A stretch of 20,000 nucleotides of DNA from an uncultured virus (IMG/VR IMGVR_UViG_3300021560_000017) (taxonomy: Duplodnaviria > Heunggongvirae > Uroviricota > Caudoviricetes): the IMG/VR virus record IMGVR_UViG_3300021560_000017; one strand, 5' to 3'. Shown piece after piece: positions 17,038-20,000 of the stretch. The position numbers and the translations under genes are program-made. Below the pieces are notes generated by a model, which was given only the letters and a program-made list of their open reading frames with translations, was not told the DNA's origin and did no database searches. Position 1 is the stretch's first letter; each line of letters begins with the position of its first letter.

Positions 17038-17190
17038 ATGATACAGTTAATTGTCTGCCTTGCAGGATTGCTAATGTACGTGCTGGCATCTAACCCAAAG
17101 GTAATGGAACTCGGTCGGATGATGTTCTGGACGGGCCTCTTAGCATTCCTGCTGGGAGGTCACGCGCAGATACCGTTCACGCACACGTAA
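17038..17190 (+). CDS. Small two-transmembrane-helix protein (possible holin or other membrane protein)
   Basis: Not in the ORF track (50 aa): MIQLIVCLAGLLMYVLASNPKVMELGRMMFWTGLLAFLLGGHAQIPFTHT*. AGGAG lies at 17027-17031, 6 nt before the ATG, and the stop abuts the next ATG (TAAATG). Confidence 0.75.
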   Translation: MIQLIVCLAGLLMYVLASNPKVMELGRMMFWTGLLAFLLGGHAQIPFTHT

Positions 17191-17700
17191 ATGTCAGTCA
17201 GCACTTCATCGATTCGTAAGATCACCAAAAGGGTCACCAAGGCGACCAACACCGCTGGCGCTTTCAATCTGACTCCAAAGCAGGAGACGATGATCACCAG
17301 AGCGGCTGAATTCGCCAGCATCAAGCGGGTTAACCACGAGTCCCAGCTTGAGAAGCTCAAGAATCTCCTCGAACCGTACATGTTCAATGAGAATGTGGTC
17401 GTCAAGGGATCGGAGATAAAGGACGGCGCGGTCAAGGAAATCGTTCTCAGTCATTACGAGAGCATGATGAAAGCGATGACGATGTATCTGGCGATCCTGA
17501 ACCTCCAAAACAAGATGTGGGGGCTCTATGATCAGCAGAAGCCGCCCAGCGGTGACCCCGCCGCGCAGCTGAACATCAAGAGCGCTTCCATCTTGGCCGT
17601 GCAGGACGTGAATGAACTGAGGGCACTCGCTCGAAATGAACCACGAGCAATTGGTAACGGCACACCAGCTACTGACATACGAGGAGCAGTCACGGGTTGA
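17191..17700 (+). CDS. Hypothetical protein, probable terminase small subunit
   Basis: 169 aa with a basic N-terminus and a helical middle ending in LNLQNKMWGLYD, similar to TerS oligomerisation helices. It lies immediately upstream of and overlaps the terminase large subunit. The call is positional. Confidence 0.5.
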   Translation: MSVSTSSIRKITKRVTKATNTAGAFNLTPKQETMITRAAEFASIKRVNHESQLEKLKNLLEPYMFNENVVVKGSEIKDGAVKEIVLSHYESMMKAMTMYLAILNLQNKMWGLYDQQKPPSGDPAAQLNIKSASILAVQDVNELRALARNEPRAIGNGTPATDIRGAVTG

Positions 17701-19498
17701 GTGCCTTAACTACATCTACCGCGAATCTGGGTCAGACACGCGGATAGCTGATCCAGAGACCGCGCTTCGGTATCTACTGATTTATGTCACCGCGCTGATC
17801 GCGGAGGGCGATCTGATCGGCGCATCGCTGTTTCTCTGGGGAAGCACGGTGTTCGACGTACGGCCGCAGAGCGTTAAACGGATCTGGGACGCGCTCGATC
17901 AGCACTCAAAACTCCTTTGCATGGGAGCAGGCGTGCAGGGCAAGACTTACACGCCGACGGTAAAATTCTTTCTGAGATGGCTGGAAGATCCCGCGAACAC
18001 CTCTATTAAGGTAGTCTCAACTACCGCAGGCCATGCGCGGAGCAACGCCTTCGCTGGCTTCAAGAGGCTGCACACTGAGTCGGCCATCCCGTTGCCCGGC
18101 ATCCTGCGGTACGACTTCATTGGGCTCAACACTGACGCGCGTTACGCGAGCATTGAGCAAGTCGCGATAAAGCCCGGCGAAGACGGACGCGCAGCGTTGC
18201 GGGGATTCCATCCCATTCCCAGAAAACGGCCGCACCCAAAATACGGGGATCTGTCCGTCGTGATCGGAATGCTAGACGAGGCTGACGACATTCCTTCTGG
18301 TGCATGGGTGGGTGTAGACAACATTGTATCTGGCCAGACCGCGCACGGCAACGTGAAGGTCTACGCGGCCACCAACCCGATCAAACTTTCCAGTGAATTC
18401 GCGAAGCGGGCGCAGCCGATGCGCGGCTGGGAAATAATCGAGGAGAACGCGACGTACGAATGGGAAGGCCACGAGCACTGGCATGTGATGAGGCTCGATG
18501 CGCGACAGTCCGAGAACTACAAGGAGCGCAAGGTGGTGTTCCCCGGGCTGATGACCTACGAGGCCGCCAAAGGCTACGAGGCCAAGGGCATTAACCACCC
18601 TGATTACTACACGTTCGTGCTCGGACTCTACCCGAAGCAGTCGTCAATGTACTACATCTGTCCACCTTACCTGTTGGACGACATCGTGGGCACCTACCAC
18701 TTCGTTCGCACGCCGTACGACGTTGGCGTTGAAGATCCAGCGTTCGCCGAGGGCGGCGACAAAGCGGTCTTTACCAGTGCGCGCTACGGGCTCGCGGACG
18801 GATGGACAAACAAGGAAGGCAAGTTCATCGAGATCCCGCGACGCTGGGTCATCCAGCTCGATCAGCAGTTCGAAATGCCGAAGCGCAACTCGATGGACAT
18901 GGCCAATGACGTCATCGAACTGTGCCGCAAGCTGCATATCCGCCCAGAATGGTTTGGTGGTGATGCCACGGGCATGGGCCACGGGCTATTTGACATACTG
19001 CTGAAGCGATTTGGCGAGGTGCTCGCGGTTCAATGGGGCGAGAACGCGACTGAAACGAAGATACTGGAAGAGGACACCGAACTGGCGTCTGATCGTTATG
19101 ACGGTCTGGTCACCGAGATGTGGTTCGCCTTCGCACGCTGGGTCGAATTTGGCTATCTGAAAATCTCCCCAATGGTGCAGACGCGCGAGCTGTTTCACGA
19201 GCTATCAACGCGGCAATACAGGACGGTGTCAAAGACCAAGTCGCGCGCCAGCAGCAAGGCCGAATACAAAAGTGCCAACTCTGGGCGCAGCCCTGACTTT
19301 GCCGACTCGGCGATCATGGTGCCGCACGTCGTGCGGATGCGCGGCATGGATCGAGCCGCGATGCTGCCAGAGCATCAGGAGTTCCAAGAGCCGAAGGCCA
19401 TCGATATTTTCTCGCCATTCGACGAATTTCGGAAGAAACCTACAGGGATCACCAACATGCAGATGGATTTCATGGATTTCGACAAGTTGAACGAATGA
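17636..19498 (+). CDS. terL: Terminase large subunit
   Basis: Walker A-like MGAGVQGKTY, Walker B VIGMLDEADD and coupling motif YAATNP. RNase H-like nuclease motifs VGVEDPAFAEGGDKAV, GGDATGMGHGLFDIL and GRSPDFADS. Confidence 0.92.
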   Translation: MNHEQLVTAHQLLTYEEQSRVECLNYIYRESGSDTRIADPETALRYLLIYVTALIAEGDLIGASLFLWGSTVFDVRPQSVKRIWDALDQHSKLLCMGAGVQGKTYTPTVKFFLRWLEDPANTSIKVVSTTAGHARSNAFAGFKRLHTESAIPLPGILRYDFIGLNTDARYASIEQVAIKPGEDGRAALRGFHPIPRKRPHPKYGDLSVVIGMLDEADDIPSGAWVGVDNIVSGQTAHGNVKVYAATNPIKLSSEFAKRAQPMRGWEIIEENATYEWEGHEHWHVMRLDARQSENYKERKVVFPGLMTYEAAKGYEAKGINHPDYYTFVLGLYPKQSSMYYICPPYLLDDIVGTYHFVRTPYDVGVEDPAFAEGGDKAVFTSARYGLADGWTNKEGKFIEIPRRWVIQLDQQFEMPKRNSMDMANDVIELCRKLHIRPEWFGGDATGMGHGLFDILLKRFGEVLAVQWGENATETKILEEDTELASDRYDGLVTEMWFAFARWVEFGYLKISPMVQTRELFHELSTRQYRTVSKTKSRASSKAEYKSANSGRSPDFADSAIMVPHVVRMRGMDRAAMLPEHQEFQEPKAIDIFSPFDEFRKKPTGITNMQMDFMDFDKLNE

Positions 19499-19653
19499 AA
19501 GTCGAACGGATCAAGTACCATAACAACTGGCGGATGATCGGTATCAAGTTAGGCTACAGCTCAAGCAAAGCATTCCCGCAGGAGCGGCACTGGCAGCTGT
19601 GGGTATTACTTTGGACACGCGGTTACTGGATCTACGGGAACCCGAAACGATGA
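19495..19653 (+). CDS. Small Trp-rich basic hypothetical protein
   Basis: Not in the ORF track (52 aa): MKVERIKYHNNWRMIGIKLGYSSSKAFPQERHWQLWVLLWTRGYWIYGNPKR*. It has ATGA overlaps at both ends. Confidence 0.65.
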   Translation: MKVERIKYHNNWRMIGIKLGYSSSKAFPQERHWQLWVLLWTRGYWIYGNPKR

Positions 19654-20000
19654 CGATTGCGCCTACACCAGTGATGACGAGCGTAGTGATGCCCGGGGGG
19701 TGGCATTACAAGGAGCACGGCAAGATGCTCGTCGAGGATGCGATCAGCTACGAGGATCTGATTAACATGCTGGCTGGATACCGTGCCACCAATCGTCTGC
19801 CTCTGGGCAACCCGCAGAAGGACATCGATAACTACATCTGTAGGAACTTCCCGAATATGTGCGGTCGAGGCCCAACCGATCCAAACATCGAGGACAAGGT
19901 AGAGCTGTGTTACGGGCAGCCAGTTATCAAGACGCCGCGCGAGCGTGTTATGCAGTGGGCAGCCAATCGGATGCAGAAGGCGGGGCAGCTCAACCGAGTG
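19650..20000 (+). CDS. Hypothetical phage protein (3'-truncated)
   Basis: Open from ATG 19650 to the window end: MTIAPTPVMTSVVMPGGWHYKEHG...LAGYRATNRLPLGNPQKDIDNYICRNFPNMCG... It has an ATGA overlap with the preceding ORF. Confidence 0.75.
   Translation, partial: MTIAPTPVMTSVVMPGGWHYKEHGKMLVEDAISYEDLINMLAGYRATNRLPLGNPQKDIDNYICRNFPNMCGRGPTDPNIEDKVELCYGQPVIKTPRERVMQWAANRMQKAGQLNRV

Noticed and set aside
6567..19498. Intein or virion RNA polymerase in the giant protein or terminase
   Set aside because: I saw no intein splice-junction or LAGLIDADG motifs and no DxDGD or T7-type polymerase motifs. The length of the giant protein is explained by the modules described.
1..20000. tRNA, rRNA, CRISPR array or IS element
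   Set aside because: There is no intergenic space longer than about 10 nt, and I recognised no such signatures.

Overview
This window is a gene-dense segment of a tailed phage (or prophage) genome, probably podovirus-like. All credible genes are on the + strand and nearly all are separated by 0-4 nt or overlap. The order is: two paralogous tail/structural genes, a GNAT-like gene, two paralogous Gly-leader ejection-type proteins flanking a PP-loop/PAPS-reductase-like enzyme, two further ejection-type proteins (one with a DPBB/3D-like muralytic domain), a 3343-aa polyvalent protein, three small genes, a probable terminase small subunit, a clear terminase large subunit and two downstream ORFs. 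The most notable feature is the giant protein. It has an N-terminal HExxH zincin metallopeptidase domain, followed by five cargo modules: two copies of a ~650-aa domain, an ADP-ribosyltransferase-like domain and two different HhH DNA-glycosylase-like domains. Each module starts with the same [LFW]-M-P-x-T motif, which suggests a virion-delivered, self-processing effector polyprotein. All family assignments come from motif recognition by eye; no searches were run.
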